DNA of 64,000 nt from an uncultured Actinomycetes bacterium (GCA_947085635.1 CAMTXC010000006.1:11564-75563), one strand, 5' to 3'. Counted from the first letter of the stretch, positions 10,014-19,780 are shown. Notes: generated by a model from the sequence alone, not told the origin. Translations and numbers: made by a program.

Positions 10014-10190
10014 GATCTCTCCCCGGGATGCGTCATGACGTTGGGCTCTCAGCGGCCCAGGGTAGCACACGGTCGGGCCGTGTTGGTCTTCCTCTCGGGG
10101 CGGATAGGCACTATTATTGGCTTGTTCTGTCGCATCGTGTTGGCCGCATCGTGCTCGGCGACCTTGGAGTCGTCGGGCCAGGGGAAGGAC

Positions 10191-10391
10191 ATGATCTACT
10201 ACGTCATTCCACCTGAACTCGCAGAGAGCTACTTCGAAGAGTTCAGGAAGAGATTCGAGAACGTCGAGGGCGTCGAGGTCATCCTCGACCGGCGCACGAG
10301 TGAACGTCGCACAGATCAAGACCACGGCGGCCAACGGGTTCTTCGCGATCGTCGGCGCCGCCGCGCGCCGGGCACCTTCCCGCCTGTCTGA
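10191..10391 (+). CDS. Small hypothetical protein with basic C-terminus
   Basis: ATG 10191 is preceded by GGGGAAGGA. High GC3 in frame. No family recognised. Confidence 0.4.
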   Translation: MIYYVIPPELAESYFEEFRKRFENVEGVEVILDRRTSERRTDQDHGGQRVLRDRRRRRAPGTFPPV

Positions 10392-10406
10392 GCCCGCGAC
10401 AGGGCC

Positions 10407-11198
10407 GTGGCCGCGGGCGGGCTGTGGCCGCAGGCGGGAGCGGTCGTGAGTCGCCCTGCGTCTCCGAGTCGTCCTGTGCTCCTGCTCGACCTTCACAATC
10501 ACACGCATCACTCCCACGACGGCGCTCTCTCGCCCCTTGATCTGCTGGTAACTGCCGTGGGGCGCGGCATAGCGTGTATAGGAGTCACCGACCACGGCAC
10601 GGTACGGGGCGGGTTGGAGTGTGCGGAGCTCGCCGCCCGGGACTCCTCCCTGCCTCGCGTGATCTGCGGGCAGGAGATCTTCACCGAAGAGGGTGAGATC
10701 ATCGGCCTCTACCTCTCCCGAGACATCCCGTCTGGATCGAGTCTGGAGGAGAGCGTGAGCGCCATACGGGAGCAAGGGGGCATCGTGTATCTGCCCCACC
10801 CGTTCGACTCGGTGCGGCGGGCGACCATCCGACCTGAGTCGCGCGAACAGGCGGCGCTTCTCGCCGACGTGATCGAGGTCGCCAACGGCAGGAGCCTGCG
10901 GGCCGATTTCGACGCGAAGGCCGTCCAACTGGCCGCGCGCACGGGCCGCGCCTGGGGAGCCGGCAGCGACGCGCACTATCGGGGAGAAGTGGGACGGGTG
11001 GTCATCGAGGTCGACCGGATGCCCCGTCGAGACGACATCGTAGAGGTACTTCTCCACGGTCGACCGGTGTATGACCGCACCATCCGCGCCGAGCTTCTCA
11101 CGCGTTACTTCCTGGCGCGGTTGACGGTGGACAAGCTGAGAGTCGCTCTCCGAAGACGGGTCGACCCCGCCGACTCGCGCGCGGACCACCTCCGCTGA
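10407..11198 (+). CDS. PHP-family metal-dependent phosphoesterase
   Basis: DLHNHTHHSHDG motif, VTDHG, GSDAH. Confidence 0.75.
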   Translation: MAAGGLWPQAGAVVSRPASPSRPVLLLDLHNHTHHSHDGALSPLDLLVTAVGRGIACIGVTDHGTVRGGLECAELAARDSSLPRVICGQEIFTEEGEIIGLYLSRDIPSGSSLEESVSAIREQGGIVYLPHPFDSVRRATIRPESREQAALLADVIEVANGRSLRADFDAKAVQLAARTGRAWGAGSDAHYRGEVGRVVIEVDRMPRRDDIVEVLLHGRPVYDRTIRAELLTRYFLARLTVDKLRVALRRRVDPADSRADHLR

Positions 11199-11201
11199 AC
11201 C

Positions 11202-11243
11202 GCGCCCGCAGCGCGTCCGCACCCGCCCGCAGCGCGTCCGCAC
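11202..11243. repeat. Tandem duplication, 21-bp unit x2 (gcccgcagcgcgtccgcac core)
   Basis: Read directly from the sequence. Intergenic, immediately after the PHP gene stop. Confidence 0.9.
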
Positions 11244-11300
11244 CGGTTGGAACGAGTCCGCCGCGGGTAGTGTGCTCTTGCCACCTTTCGGGCGAGGGTG

Positions 11301-11358
11301 GTCGCTGCCGAAGTGTCGGTGCAGGGGAGGTCGCTGCCGAAGTGTCGGTGCAGGGGAG
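11301..11358. repeat. Tandem duplication, 29-bp unit x2 plus a partial third copy; each copy carries a GGGGAG Shine-Dalgarno-like element
   Basis: gtcgctgccgaagtgtcggtgcaggggag occurs twice. The third copy is interrupted by the amrS ATG at 11365. Confidence 0.9.
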
Positions 11359-11364
11359 GTCGCG

Positions 11365-12423
11365 ATGACCGAATGCGACGGGAGTTCCGTCCGCGCGGTG
11401 CTGTGGGAGCCGTGGCGGGGGAGTACGTCCGTACACTGCTCCCTCTGCGCCCACCACTGTCGCATAGAGCCGGGCGCCCGAGGACTCTGTGAGGTCCGCG
11501 AGAACCGCGACGGCGAGCTTCACGCGCTCACGTTCGGGTGTGCGATCTCCGCGGCCGTGGACCCGATCGAGAAGAAGCCGCTCTTCCACTTCCTGCCGGC
11601 GAGTACGTCGTTCTCCATCGCCACCGTCGGGTGCAACTTCACGTGTTCGTTCTGCCAGAACTCCGACATCAGCCAGATGCCGCGGGGCGGAGGGCGTATC
11701 AGTGGGAGCCGGTTCCCTCCGGACGAGGTGGTCGAGCAGGCCCTCGAGACCGGCTGCTCCTCGATCTCCTACACGTACACCGAGCCCACGGTCTATCTCG
11801 AGTATGCTCTGGCGTGTGCGGCACCGGCGGTGGATGCCGGGCTCAAGAACGTCTTCGTCACGAACGGCTACATGACGCCCGAGGCGCTCGACCTCATCGG
11901 CCCGTATCTGCATGCGGCCAACGTCGATCTGAAGTCGTTCGACGACGACTTCTACCGAACGTACGTGGGGGCGCGGCTCTCCCCCGTGCTGCGTTCGATC
12001 CGACAGCTTGTGGACATGGGGGTGTGGGTGGAGGTGACCACACTGGTGATCCCGGGTTTGAACGACGGCGAAGACGAGTTGCGCTCTCTTGCCGCATTCC
12101 TCGCCGACCTCGATCCGCACATACCGTGGCATGTCTCCCGCTTCCATCCCTCGTTCCTTCTGCTCGATCGACCTGCTACTCCCGTGGCGACCATCGAGAG
12201 GGCGCTCGCGATCGGGCGGCAAGAGGGTCTGCACTATGTGTATGCCGGCAATGTCCCGGGAGGCCGGTCCGAGTCGACATCGTGCCCGGAGTGTGGCGTG
12301 GTGGTCGTTGAGCGCGCCGGGTTCCGCACCGGTAGGGTGCGGCTCGTGGGCGACTCGTGCGGCGGTTGCGGGGCCCGCATCGCCGGCGTCTTCACGAGGA
12401 CTGAGCACAGGGGGCGCGCGTGA
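11365..12423 (+). CDS. amrS: AmmeMemoRadiSam system radical SAM enzyme
   Basis: CNFTCSFCQN radical-SAM motif and an N-terminal CSLCAHHC cluster. Adjacent to the AMMECR1/Memo-type gene. Confidence 0.9.
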   Translation: MTECDGSSVRAVLWEPWRGSTSVHCSLCAHHCRIEPGARGLCEVRENRDGELHALTFGCAISAAVDPIEKKPLFHFLPASTSFSIATVGCNFTCSFCQNSDISQMPRGGGRISGSRFPPDEVVEQALETGCSSISYTYTEPTVYLEYALACAAPAVDAGLKNVFVTNGYMTPEALDLIGPYLHAANVDLKSFDDDFYRTYVGARLSPVLRSIRQLVDMGVWVEVTTLVIPGLNDGEDELRSLAAFLADLDPHIPWHVSRFHPSFLLLDRPATPVATIERALAIGRQEGLHYVYAGNVPGGRSESTSCPECGVVVVERAGFRTGRVRLVGDSCGGCGARIAGVFTRTEHRGRA

Positions 12424-13859
12424 GCCTCGTCGGCTGTTTCGTGACTCCCCATCCGCCCTTGCTCATCCCCGAGGTGGCCAGCGGGAAGATCGCCGAAGTT
12501 AGAGCGACCGCCGATGCCATGCGTCTGTTGGCGGCAAGGACGGCGTCGCTCGAGCCGGACGTGGTCGTGATCATGTCTCCGCACGCGCCTCTCGACCGGT
12601 CCTTCATGGGCCTGAGCGCCGTCGACGAACACGCGGGCACGTTCCGATCCTTCGGGGCGCCGGACGTCGGTTTCAAGGCAAGCGGCGGGCTCGAGCTTGC
12701 AGGGTCGATCCGGCAGGCCGCCGAGTCGGCCGGGGTCCCGGTTCGCGCGTTCGCGACCGGGCGGCGTGTAGAGCTGGACCACGGCGTGTTGGTGCCACTT
12801 GTGCTGCTCTTCTCGGGTGCGTCCGAGAACCCGAAGCTCGTGGTGCTCAGCTTCAGCTACCTCGAGCCGGAAGCGCACGTGGCGTTCGGGCGCGCGGTCG
12901 CTTTGGCGATCGACGACAGCGATGCGCGAGTGCTCTTCGTGGCAAGCGGCGACCTGAGTCACCGTCTCATCCCCGGCGCCCCGGCCGGGTTCAGCCCCCA
13001 CGGCGCGGAGTTCGACCGCTCTGTGGTCGATGCCGTCGGTTCGGCGGATCTCGGAGCCCTCCTCGCCCTGCCGCGGGACGTGGTGCGGGAGGCCGGCGAG
13101 TGCGGTCTGCGCTCGCTGTTCACCATGTTCGGCGTGCTGGAGGGCCGACGGTTCGATCCCGAGGTGCTGTCGTACGAGGGCCCCTTCGGCGTGGGATACC
13201 TGGTGGCCGACATGCGGCTCCGCGGCGACGACGTGGCCCCCTCCGGCGAAGCGCACGCCGGAAGCGCCTCCGCCGCCGAGAGCGGCGTGCAGAGTGGCGG
13301 CTTGAACAGCGCCGAGAGCGGGGCGGAGAGTGGCGCCGCCGAACATCCGCTGGTGGCTCTGGCGCGTCGAGTGGTGGAGGGTCACGTGCGCGGCGAGGGC
13401 TACGTGGAGCCCTCCTTGCCGCCCGCGGACTCCGGGGAGCGGGCAGGGGTGTTCGTCTCCCTGCACCGGCCGGATGGGAGCTTACGCGGCTGTGTCGGCA
13501 CGGTCGCGCCCACACAACCGTCGCTTGCTGAGGAGGTGGCGCTCAATGCGGTGAGCGCGGCGACGCGCGATCCGCGGTTCCCGCCGCTCGCCTCGGAGGA
13601 GTTGCCGGGCCTCCGCGTGGCGGTGGACGTCCTCAGCGAGCCCGAAGAGGTCGCCGGTTTGGGGGACCTCGACCCCGCCCACTATGGGTTGATCGTGAGG
13701 ACCGACGACGGGCGGCAGGCCCTCCTGCTGCCCGACCTCCCGGGCGTGGACACCGCGGAGCAGCAATTGCGCGTCACGTGTCGCAAAGGTCGCATCGATC
13801 AGAAGGCCGATCGATATCGTCTTTTCCGGTTCCGGGTGACCAGGTACGGCACCCATTGA
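12420..13859 (+). CDS. Fusion of AmrB-type (Memo/class III extradiol dioxygenase-like) and AmrA (AMMECR1) domains
   Basis: The N-terminal 270 aa are LigB/Memo-like. A Gly/Ser/Ala-rich linker follows. The C-terminus has AMMECR1 motifs (GVFVSLH, LRGCVG, DPRFPP). GTGA overlap with amrS. Confidence 0.85.
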   Translation: MSLVGCFVTPHPPLLIPEVASGKIAEVRATADAMRLLAARTASLEPDVVVIMSPHAPLDRSFMGLSAVDEHAGTFRSFGAPDVGFKASGGLELAGSIRQAAESAGVPVRAFATGRRVELDHGVLVPLVLLFSGASENPKLVVLSFSYLEPEAHVAFGRAVALAIDDSDARVLFVASGDLSHRLIPGAPAGFSPHGAEFDRSVVDAVGSADLGALLALPRDVVREAGECGLRSLFTMFGVLEGRRFDPEVLSYEGPFGVGYLVADMRLRGDDVAPSGEAHAGSASAAESGVQSGGLNSAESGAESGAAEHPLVALARRVVEGHVRGEGYVEPSLPPADSGERAGVFVSLHRPDGSLRGCVGTVAPTQPSLAEEVALNAVSAATRDPRFPPLASEELPGLRVAVDVLSEPEEVAGLGDLDPAHYGLIVRTDDGRQALLLPDLPGVDTAEQQLRVTCRKGRIDQKADRYRLFRFRVTRYGTH

Positions 13860-13918
13860 ACCTGCCCCTCGCGCCCCGGAAGGGTCGTGTATCATGTGGT
13901 GGAGGGGAGGTAACCGGC

Positions 13919-14332
13919 ATGGGGTACGGATCGCACAACACCCGCTTTCGCTTGGACGACCTGCGCTACCTCTCGCGCGGCGAGGGTCCCGCGTGGAAGC
14001 GCTTCACGGGTCGGGTCATCGATCTGCGTCACATCGGTTGGGATGTGGCGGTCAAGGCCATGGAACGCGCCGCCGGCCACCGTCGTGGAGCCCGTCCGAA
14101 CTCCCAGTTGCGTGCCTCCACGCGCGACCTGCTCGTGAGTAAGGGCCGCGCCGTTCGTCAGGAAGTTGAGGCTTTGGCCGACGCCGTCATGCAGGCCGGC
14201 CACTACTCCGCGAGGGACGAAGCGACCAGGGCCGTCAAAGCCGTGATGGAAGTGGTGCGCGAACGCGTCCCCCCCGAGTTGTTCTCGAAGCTGAGCGAGC
14301 ACCTTCCCGGCGGCAGGGGCGATACCGCCTGA
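13919..14332 (+). CDS. Hypothetical protein, DUF2267-like C-terminus
   Basis: ATG 13919 follows GGAGGGGAGG. The family assignment is from memory only. Confidence 0.45.
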   Translation: MGYGSHNTRFRLDDLRYLSRGEGPAWKRFTGRVIDLRHIGWDVAVKAMERAAGHRRGARPNSQLRASTRDLLVSKGRAVRQEVEALADAVMQAGHYSARDEATRAVKAVMEVVRERVPPELFSKLSEHLPGGRGDTA

Positions 14333-14380
14333 GTCTCCCTTCGTGGGGCACCGCGCTTCCGGGTCTTCCGGGTCGGTCTT

Positions 14381-14436
14381 CCTGCGTCGATAGTCCTGCG
14401 TCGATAGTCCTGCGCCGATAGTCCTGCGCCGATCGT
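14381..14436. repeat. 14-bp tandem repeat x4 (cctgcg[t/c]cgat[a/c]gt); an adjacent 9-bp x2 repeat lies at 14356-14373
   Basis: Read directly from the sequence. Lies in a convergent intergenic region, and the last copy touches the rtcB stop codon. Confidence 0.9.
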
Positions 14437-15908
14437 CAGCCTTTGACCACGCCCAGCGGCCGTAATCGCGCCACCCGCGGCGATACGCCGGCCCGGTCCA
14501 TGATCCCCACCACGTCGTGGATGTCCTTGTACGCCTCCGGCATCTCCTCCATGAGGGTCTTTCGTCCCTGAGCCCGGACCACGACGCCGGCAGCGGCCAG
14601 CTCCCGGTCGATGGCACGTCCTTTCGCCCGTTTCAGAGCCTGCGTACGACTCAACGCCCTCCCGGCCCCGTGACACGTCGATCCGAAGGTCTGCCGCATG
14701 GCTTCCTCTGTTCCGCGGCAGACGTAGGAGGCGGTGCCCATGTCGCCTGGTATCAGCACGGGTTGCCCCACGGCCCGATAGGCCGAAGGGACCTCGGGGT
14801 GGCCGGGGCCGAACGCCCGCGTCGCGCCCTTGCGGTGCACGCAGAGCTCCAGGCGTCGCCCGCCGGATGCATGTGTTTCGATCTTGGCGATGTTGTGGGC
14901 CACGTCGTAGATCAGGCGCAGGCCGAGAGAGCGCGGCGAGAGGCCGAGGGCTCTCTGTATGGACTCTCCCGTGAGGTGCATGATCATCTGACGGTTCGCC
15001 CACGCGTAGTTGGCCGCGCAGGCCATGGCGCCGAGGTATCGCCGCCCCTCGGGTGAGTCCACCGGCGCGCACGCCAGCTGGCGGTCGGGCAGCTCGATGC
15101 CGTAGCGGGCCGAGGCAGCTCCCATGACCGCGAGGTAGTCGTCGCACACCTGGTAGCCGAACCCCCGGGAGCCGCAGTGAATCATCACGGTCACCTGACC
15201 CTCGCGCAGGCCGTACGCGGTCGCCGCCTCCTGGTCGAACACCTCCTCGACCACCTGGATCTCGAGGAAGTGGTTGCCCGATCCGAGGGTGCCCACCTGA
15301 TCCAGGCCGCGCGCGTATGCGCGCTCGCTCACCGCGTCGGGGTCGGCTCCGGGGAGGGCTCCGCCGGCCTCGGTGTGCTCGAGGTCGACCTGTTCACCGA
15401 AGCCCCGCTCAACGGCCCACGCCGCACCCCGCACCATCAGTCGAGCGAGTGCCGGGCCGGTGAGCCGCTCGATGGCGCCGTGTGAGCCGACGCCCGAGGG
15501 CACGTCGCTGAAGAGCCGGTCCACCAGTCGGCCGGTCTTTCCGGTGACGTCGGCCGCATCCAGGTCGGTGGCCAGCAGGCGGACACCGCAGTTGATGTCG
15601 TAGCCCACGCCACCGGGGGAGACCACCCCGTCTTCCACCCGGAAGGCGCCGACGCCGCCTATGGGGAAGCCGTAGCCGAAGTGCATGTCGGGCATCGCCA
15701 GCGAGTAGCCTTCGATGCCCGGCAGATGGGCCACGTTGCGCACCTGGTCGAGGCTGGGGTCGGAGTCGAGCCGGTCGACCGAGGCCTCGTCGGCGTAGAC
15801 GCGGCCGGGCACGCGCATGCCGCCCGTGGCGGCGATCTCCCAGACGTTCTGCGAGATGCGTGTGAGACGCGCGGGTTCGCGGTCGGGTGGACGCGCCACG
15901 TCGATCAC
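14436..15908 (-). CDS. rtcB: RNA-splicing ligase RtcB
   Basis: Motifs: PDMHFGYGFPIGGV, GYDINCG, GSGNHF, SRGFG, HNIA, HGAGR. Confidence 0.95.
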   Translation of the reverse strand: MIDVARPPDREPARLTRISQNVWEIAATGGMRVPGRVYADEASVDRLDSDPSLDQVRNVAHLPGIEGYSLAMPDMHFGYGFPIGGVGAFRVEDGVVSPGGVGYDINCGVRLLATDLDAADVTGKTGRLVDRLFSDVPSGVGSHGAIERLTGPALARLMVRGAAWAVERGFGEQVDLEHTEAGGALPGADPDAVSERAYARGLDQVGTLGSGNHFLEIQVVEEVFDQEAATAYGLREGQVTVMIHCGSRGFGYQVCDDYLAVMGAASARYGIELPDRQLACAPVDSPEGRRYLGAMACAANYAWANRQMIMHLTGESIQRALGLSPRSLGLRLIYDVAHNIAKIETHASGGRRLELCVHRKGATRAFGPGHPEVPSAYRAVGQPVLIPGDMGTASYVCRGTEEAMRQTFGSTCHGAGRALSRTQALKRAKGRAIDRELAAAGVVVRAQGRKTLMEEMPEAYKDIHDVVGIMDRAGVSPRVARLRPLGVVKG

Positions 15909-16390
15909 ACGTCCAGTAGGACGGACGCCTTGAAGGCGCCGGAGGCCTCACGGGTCACGTCTAACAGGTGGTACGTCACGGCCTTGACCTCTGCCCGCGT
16001 CTCGTGGCGGGTGGTGTCGAGCCTCTCGCCGCGCATCCGTGCCTGGAACCGCACGTCGCCGGAGTCGGGCTCCGTGGATGGGTCGAGTCGTTGCACCTGG
16101 GCCGCGACTCCCACAAAACCCTCCGTCGCGAACAGGAAGAGCGCTTCGGCGAGCAACGTGCGCAGCGCCTCGGCTGCGGACGCGCCCGAAGCGCGCAGCG
16201 TTACCTCTCGACGTTCCTCGACCCGTTCCAGGGAGACCATGCTGTCGTACAGGGCGAAGAGGGCGTTCTCCACCAAGGCCGGGAGGTCAACTCCTCGCAC
16301 CTCAAGCCAGAGGTCGGCCGGGTGGTCGAGTTCCCGGTAGGCCTGTGTTCGCGATTCCGAATCGAAGCGGCGCGGTTCGCTCGTGCTCAA
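15905..16390 (-). CDS. Archease (RtcB activator)
   Basis: DHPADLWLEV and KAVTYH motifs. TTG start overlaps the lon stop, and its own stop overlaps the rtcB GTG. Confidence 0.9.
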   Translation of the reverse strand: MSTSEPRRFDSESRTQAYRELDHPADLWLEVRGVDLPALVENALFALYDSMVSLERVEERREVTLRASGASAAEALRTLLAEALFLFATEGFVGVAAQVQRLDPSTEPDSGDVRFQARMRGERLDTTRHETRAEVKAVTYHLLDVTREASGAFKASVLLDV

Positions 16391-19020
16391 CCTACCTTCC
16401 TGCGGCTCCGGGTGACGGCGGGCTTCGACCCCTTGGCCGCGGTAGCGGGGTTCGACCCCTTCGACGAGGCGGCGCCCTTCGACGAGGCGGCGCCCTTCGA
16501 CGAGGCGGCGCCCTTCGACGAGGCGGCGCCCTTCGACGAGGCGGCGCCCTTCGCTCCGTTACCCGGCCCGATGCCGCCGGCCGGCTTCTCCAGGGCCTCC
16601 GCGAGCACCTCAGACACGTGGTTCACGTAGACGAACTCCATGTCCTTGACCACGTCGTCCTTGATCTCCTCGACGTCGGCCTTGTTGCGGTCGGGCAGGA
16701 AGACCTTCTTGATGCCGGCCTGGCGCGCCGCGATTACCTTCTCCTTGATGCCGCCCACAGGAAGCACCTGCCCCGTGAGGGTCACCTCACCGGTCATGGC
16801 GACGTCGGCGTCGACCGGGCGACCGGTGATCAGGCTGGCGAGAGCCGTGGCCATGGCGACTCCGGCCGAGGGGCCGTCTTTGGGAGTCGCACCGGCGGGC
16901 ACGTGCACGTGCAGGTCGTTCTTCTGGAAAAAGTCGGTGTCTATCCCCATGGTCGGAGCGATACTGCGGATGTGGGTGAGGGCGGCCTGGGCCGATTCCT
17001 TCATCACGTCGCCAAGTTGCCCCGTGAGGGTGAGCTTGCCCGTGCCGTGCATGGCCCTCGCCTCGATAAAGAGGATGTCGCCGCCGGCGGGGGTCCAGGC
17101 CAGCCCCGTCGAGACACCGGGATCGCTCGTGCGCCTCTTCGACTCGCGGAACAACTTCTGATTGCCAAGGAGCTGCCGCACCTCATCGACCCCGACGGTC
17201 ATGTTGTCGCGGGTCTCCTCGGCCACCATGCGCGCGAACTTGCGCGCCACCTTGCCGATCTCGCGCTCCAGGTTCCGTACGCCGGCCTCCCGCGTGTACC
17301 CCTGGATGATCGCGCTGAGGGCCTCGTCGGTGTACTCGAGCTGGTCGGGCTTCAACCCGTGCCGCTCCAGCTGGCGAGGGATGAGGTACTGCCGCGCGAT
17401 GTGGAGCTTCTCTTCCTCCGTGTAGCCCGACATGGTGATGATCTCCATGCGGTCGCGCAGAGGCCCCGGGATGGTGTCGAGCATGTTCGCCGTCGTGATG
17501 AACATCACCCGCGAGAGGTCGTAGGGGAGGTCAAGATAGTGATCGCGGAAGGTGTCGTGCTGCTCGGGGTCCAGTACCTCCAGCATCGCGCTGGAGGGGT
17601 CGCCGCGCCAGTCGGCCCCCATCTTGTCGATCTCGTCGATCATGAACACCGGGTTGTTGCTCTCCGCGTCGCGCAGGGCGCGGATGATGGTGCCCGGCAT
17701 CGCACCTACGTAGGTGCGGCGATGGCCGCGGATCTCGGATTCGTCGCGCACGCCTCCCACGCTGATGCGGATGAACTTGCGACCCAAGGCCCGCGCGATG
17801 CTCTGCCCCAGGCTCGTCTTGCCCACGCCGGGAGGCCCGGCGAAGCAGAGGATCGGGGCGCTGGGCTGCTCCTTCAGCTTCTGCACCGCAAGGAACTCGA
17901 GGATGCGGTCTTTGACGTCTTCGAGGTCGTAGTGGTCCTCGTCGAGCACTTCACGGGCGTGGGCGATGTCAAGGTTGTCGTCGGTCAAGACGTTCCACGG
18001 AAGCGACAGGATCCAGTCGAGGTAGGTGCGGATCACTCCATACTCCGCGGCGGCGGAAGGCAGCTTCGCGAGGCGGTCGAGTTCTCGCCGTGCCTGCTTG
18101 TCCGCGTTCTCGGGCAACTCGGCCTCGTCGATGCTTTTACGCAGTTCGTTCACCTCGGCCATGGTTTCGTCAGATTCGCCGAGCTCCTCCTGGATCGCCT
18201 TCAGCTGCTGGCGCAGGTAGTACTCGCGCTGCGTCTTCTCCATCTCCGAGGTGACCTGGTCCTGGATCTTGGTGCCGAGCTCCAGTACCTCGAGCTCGGC
18301 GCTCATGATCTCGGTCAGACGGCGGAGCCGTTTGGCTACTTCCACCTGCTCGAGGAGCTCCTGTTTGTCCTCGGTCTTGAGCCGCATCGTCGAGGCCATG
18401 AAGTAGCCGAGGGCGGCTGGGTCTTCGATATTGACGGCCGCCATCTCGAGTTCTTCCGGCAGGTAGGGCACCATCTGCACGATCTTCGTATACACCGACA
18501 CGAGGTTCCGCTGGAGCGCGTCCAGTTCTTTCGACTCCTCCAAGACATCCGGAAGATCTACCACGTTCGCCACCAGGTACGGCTCGAGGGCGGTGTAGTC
18601 CTCGATCTTGATGCGGCGCACTCCCTGGACGATGATGCGCAACGTGCCGTCCGGCGCCTTGATCATCTTCTGCACGATAGCGAGCGTGCCCACCGAGTAG
18701 ACGTCGTCGGGCATCGGGTGCTCGACGTCCTCGTCGCGCACGGCGACGAGGCCGACCAGCTTGTCCTTGACCAGCACGTCGTCGATGAGGCGCACCGAGC
18801 GCGGTTGTCCCACCGCGAGCGGCATCATGGTGTCGGGGAACACCACGGTCTCCTTGAGGGGCAGGATCGGGATGGCCAAGGGAGTCTGCGTGGCCTCGGG
18901 TGTGCCGGGCTGCGGCCGCCGGACGGCGGCCTCCTCGGTCTGCTCGACCGTCTCCGTTTCGCTCACTGTGCTTGGGGTGGCCGTCGGATCCATCTCGTTT
19001 CTCCGATCGTCGGAGCTCAT
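16387..19020 (-). CDS. lon: ATP-dependent Lon protease (LonA) with a repetitive basic C-terminal tail
   Basis: Walker A (GPPGVGKT), catalytic PKDGPSAG, N-terminal LON domain. Confidence 0.95.
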   Translation of the reverse strand: MSSDDRRNEMDPTATPSTVSETETVEQTEEAAVRRPQPGTPEATQTPLAIPILPLKETVVFPDTMMPLAVGQPRSVRLIDDVLVKDKLVGLVAVRDEDVEHPMPDDVYSVGTLAIVQKMIKAPDGTLRIIVQGVRRIKIEDYTALEPYLVANVVDLPDVLEESKELDALQRNLVSVYTKIVQMVPYLPEELEMAAVNIEDPAALGYFMASTMRLKTEDKQELLEQVEVAKRLRRLTEIMSAELEVLELGTKIQDQVTSEMEKTQREYYLRQQLKAIQEELGESDETMAEVNELRKSIDEAELPENADKQARRELDRLAKLPSAAAEYGVIRTYLDWILSLPWNVLTDDNLDIAHAREVLDEDHYDLEDVKDRILEFLAVQKLKEQPSAPILCFAGPPGVGKTSLGQSIARALGRKFIRISVGGVRDESEIRGHRRTYVGAMPGTIIRALRDAESNNPVFMIDEIDKMGADWRGDPSSAMLEVLDPEQHDTFRDHYLDLPYDLSRVMFITTANMLDTIPGPLRDRMEIITMSGYTEEEKLHIARQYLIPRQLERHGLKPDQLEYTDEALSAIIQGYTREAGVRNLEREIGKVARKFARMVAEETRDNMTVGVDEVRQLLGNQKLFRESKRRTSDPGVSTGLAWTPAGGDILFIEARAMHGTGKLTLTGQLGDVMKESAQAALTHIRSIAPTMGIDTDFFQKNDLHVHVPAGATPKDGPSAGVAMATALASLITGRPVDADVAMTGEVTLTGQVLPVGGIKEKVIAARQAGIKKVFLPDRNKADVEEIKDDVVKDMEFVYVNHVSEVLAEALEKPAGGIGPGNGAKGAASSKGAASSKGAASSKGAASSKGAASSKGSNPATAAKGSKPAVTRSRRKVG
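16457..16546. repeat. 18-bp in-frame tandem repeat x5 encoding (GAASSK)5 in the Lon C-terminal tail
   Basis: cccttcgacgaggcggcg repeated five times exactly. Confidence 0.95.
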
Positions 19021-19547
19021 TCGTCGGCCCCCTCTAGCTCGGTAGACCGGTCGATACGGGGGCGTGCGCCCCCGTGTGCGGCGTCGGCATCGGCGTCGGC
19101 ATCCTTGTTGACGATGGGGATACGCTTGCCGCCCCCTCGCTCCGCCACCGGAAGGGAGATCTCGAGGAACCCGTGATGGTAGTGGGCCGTGGCCCGCGCG
19201 GGATCGACCTCCACCGGCAGCAACACGCGGCGCTCGAACGGACCGTACGCGATCTCCATCTGCTGGTACACCTTGTCCCGGTGTCCGTAGTCGACGCGGT
19301 GCCCCCGTATTCGCAGCACCCGCTCCTCCACCTCGAGGTCGACCGAGGCGGGGTCGACGCCACCGAGTTCGAGGCGCGCGATCATGGCGCCCTCCGACTT
19401 GCAGTAGTACACGTCTACGTTCGGCCTGAACGCGCTCTGCCCGCGTCCGACGATGCGGTTCGCCCCCATGAGTTCCAAGAACATCCGATCCACCTCGTGC
19501 TGGAGTCGACGGAAGCTCGGCGGCTCGTTCTTGTCGCGTGGGTTCAC
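19017..19547 (-). CDS. Hsp20/alpha-crystallin small heat-shock protein
   Basis: ACD core (VDVYY...LELGGV...GFLEISLP). GTG start. ATGA overlap with lon. Confidence 0.9.
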   Translation of the reverse strand: MNPRDKNEPPSFRRLQHEVDRMFLELMGANRIVGRGQSAFRPNVDVYYCKSEGAMIARLELGGVDPASVDLEVEERVLRIRGHRVDYGHRDKVYQQMEIAYGPFERRVLLPVEVDPARATAHYHHGFLEISLPVAERGGGKRIPIVNKDADADADAAHGGARPRIDRSTELEGADE

Positions 19548-19780
19548 GTACGGTTCTCCCTCGATGCGCTTGGTGTGTGGATGTCGATGCGCTTGGCGTG
19601 CAGACGGTCCACGACCGGTCTATTACGGTATTGCCTCAGGGCGCGGAGAGCAAACCGCGTACGGCGTGTTTCGCGACTTCCCCTGGACCTCATGCGGGGC
19701 GCTTCGGGCGTCGTTCCGCGCGACACCCCGCGCGGCCTTCTGTTTGTGGCGGTCGAGCTCGGGGGACTGTGAGGTGGATC

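Noticed and set aside
10014-11465. N-terminal 484 codons of the 872-aa ORF 8847..11465
   Set aside because: This part is antisense to the PHP gene and the small ORF at 10191 and has no coding-like features. Only the part from GTG 10013 onward shows TM and PASTA-like organisation.
16039-19176. 1045-aa ORF on the plus strand, the longest in the track
   Set aside because: It is entirely antisense to the well-supported lon gene. The sequence is rich in Arg, Gly and Leu, low in complexity, and has no motifs. This is a typical high-GC shadow ORF.
19548-19780. Looked for CIRCE (TTAGCACTC-N9-GAGTGCTAA) or HAIR (CTTGAGT-N7-ACTCAAG) heat-shock operators upstream of hsp20-lon
   Set aside because: Neither consensus is present. 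Only the direct repeats reported above were found.
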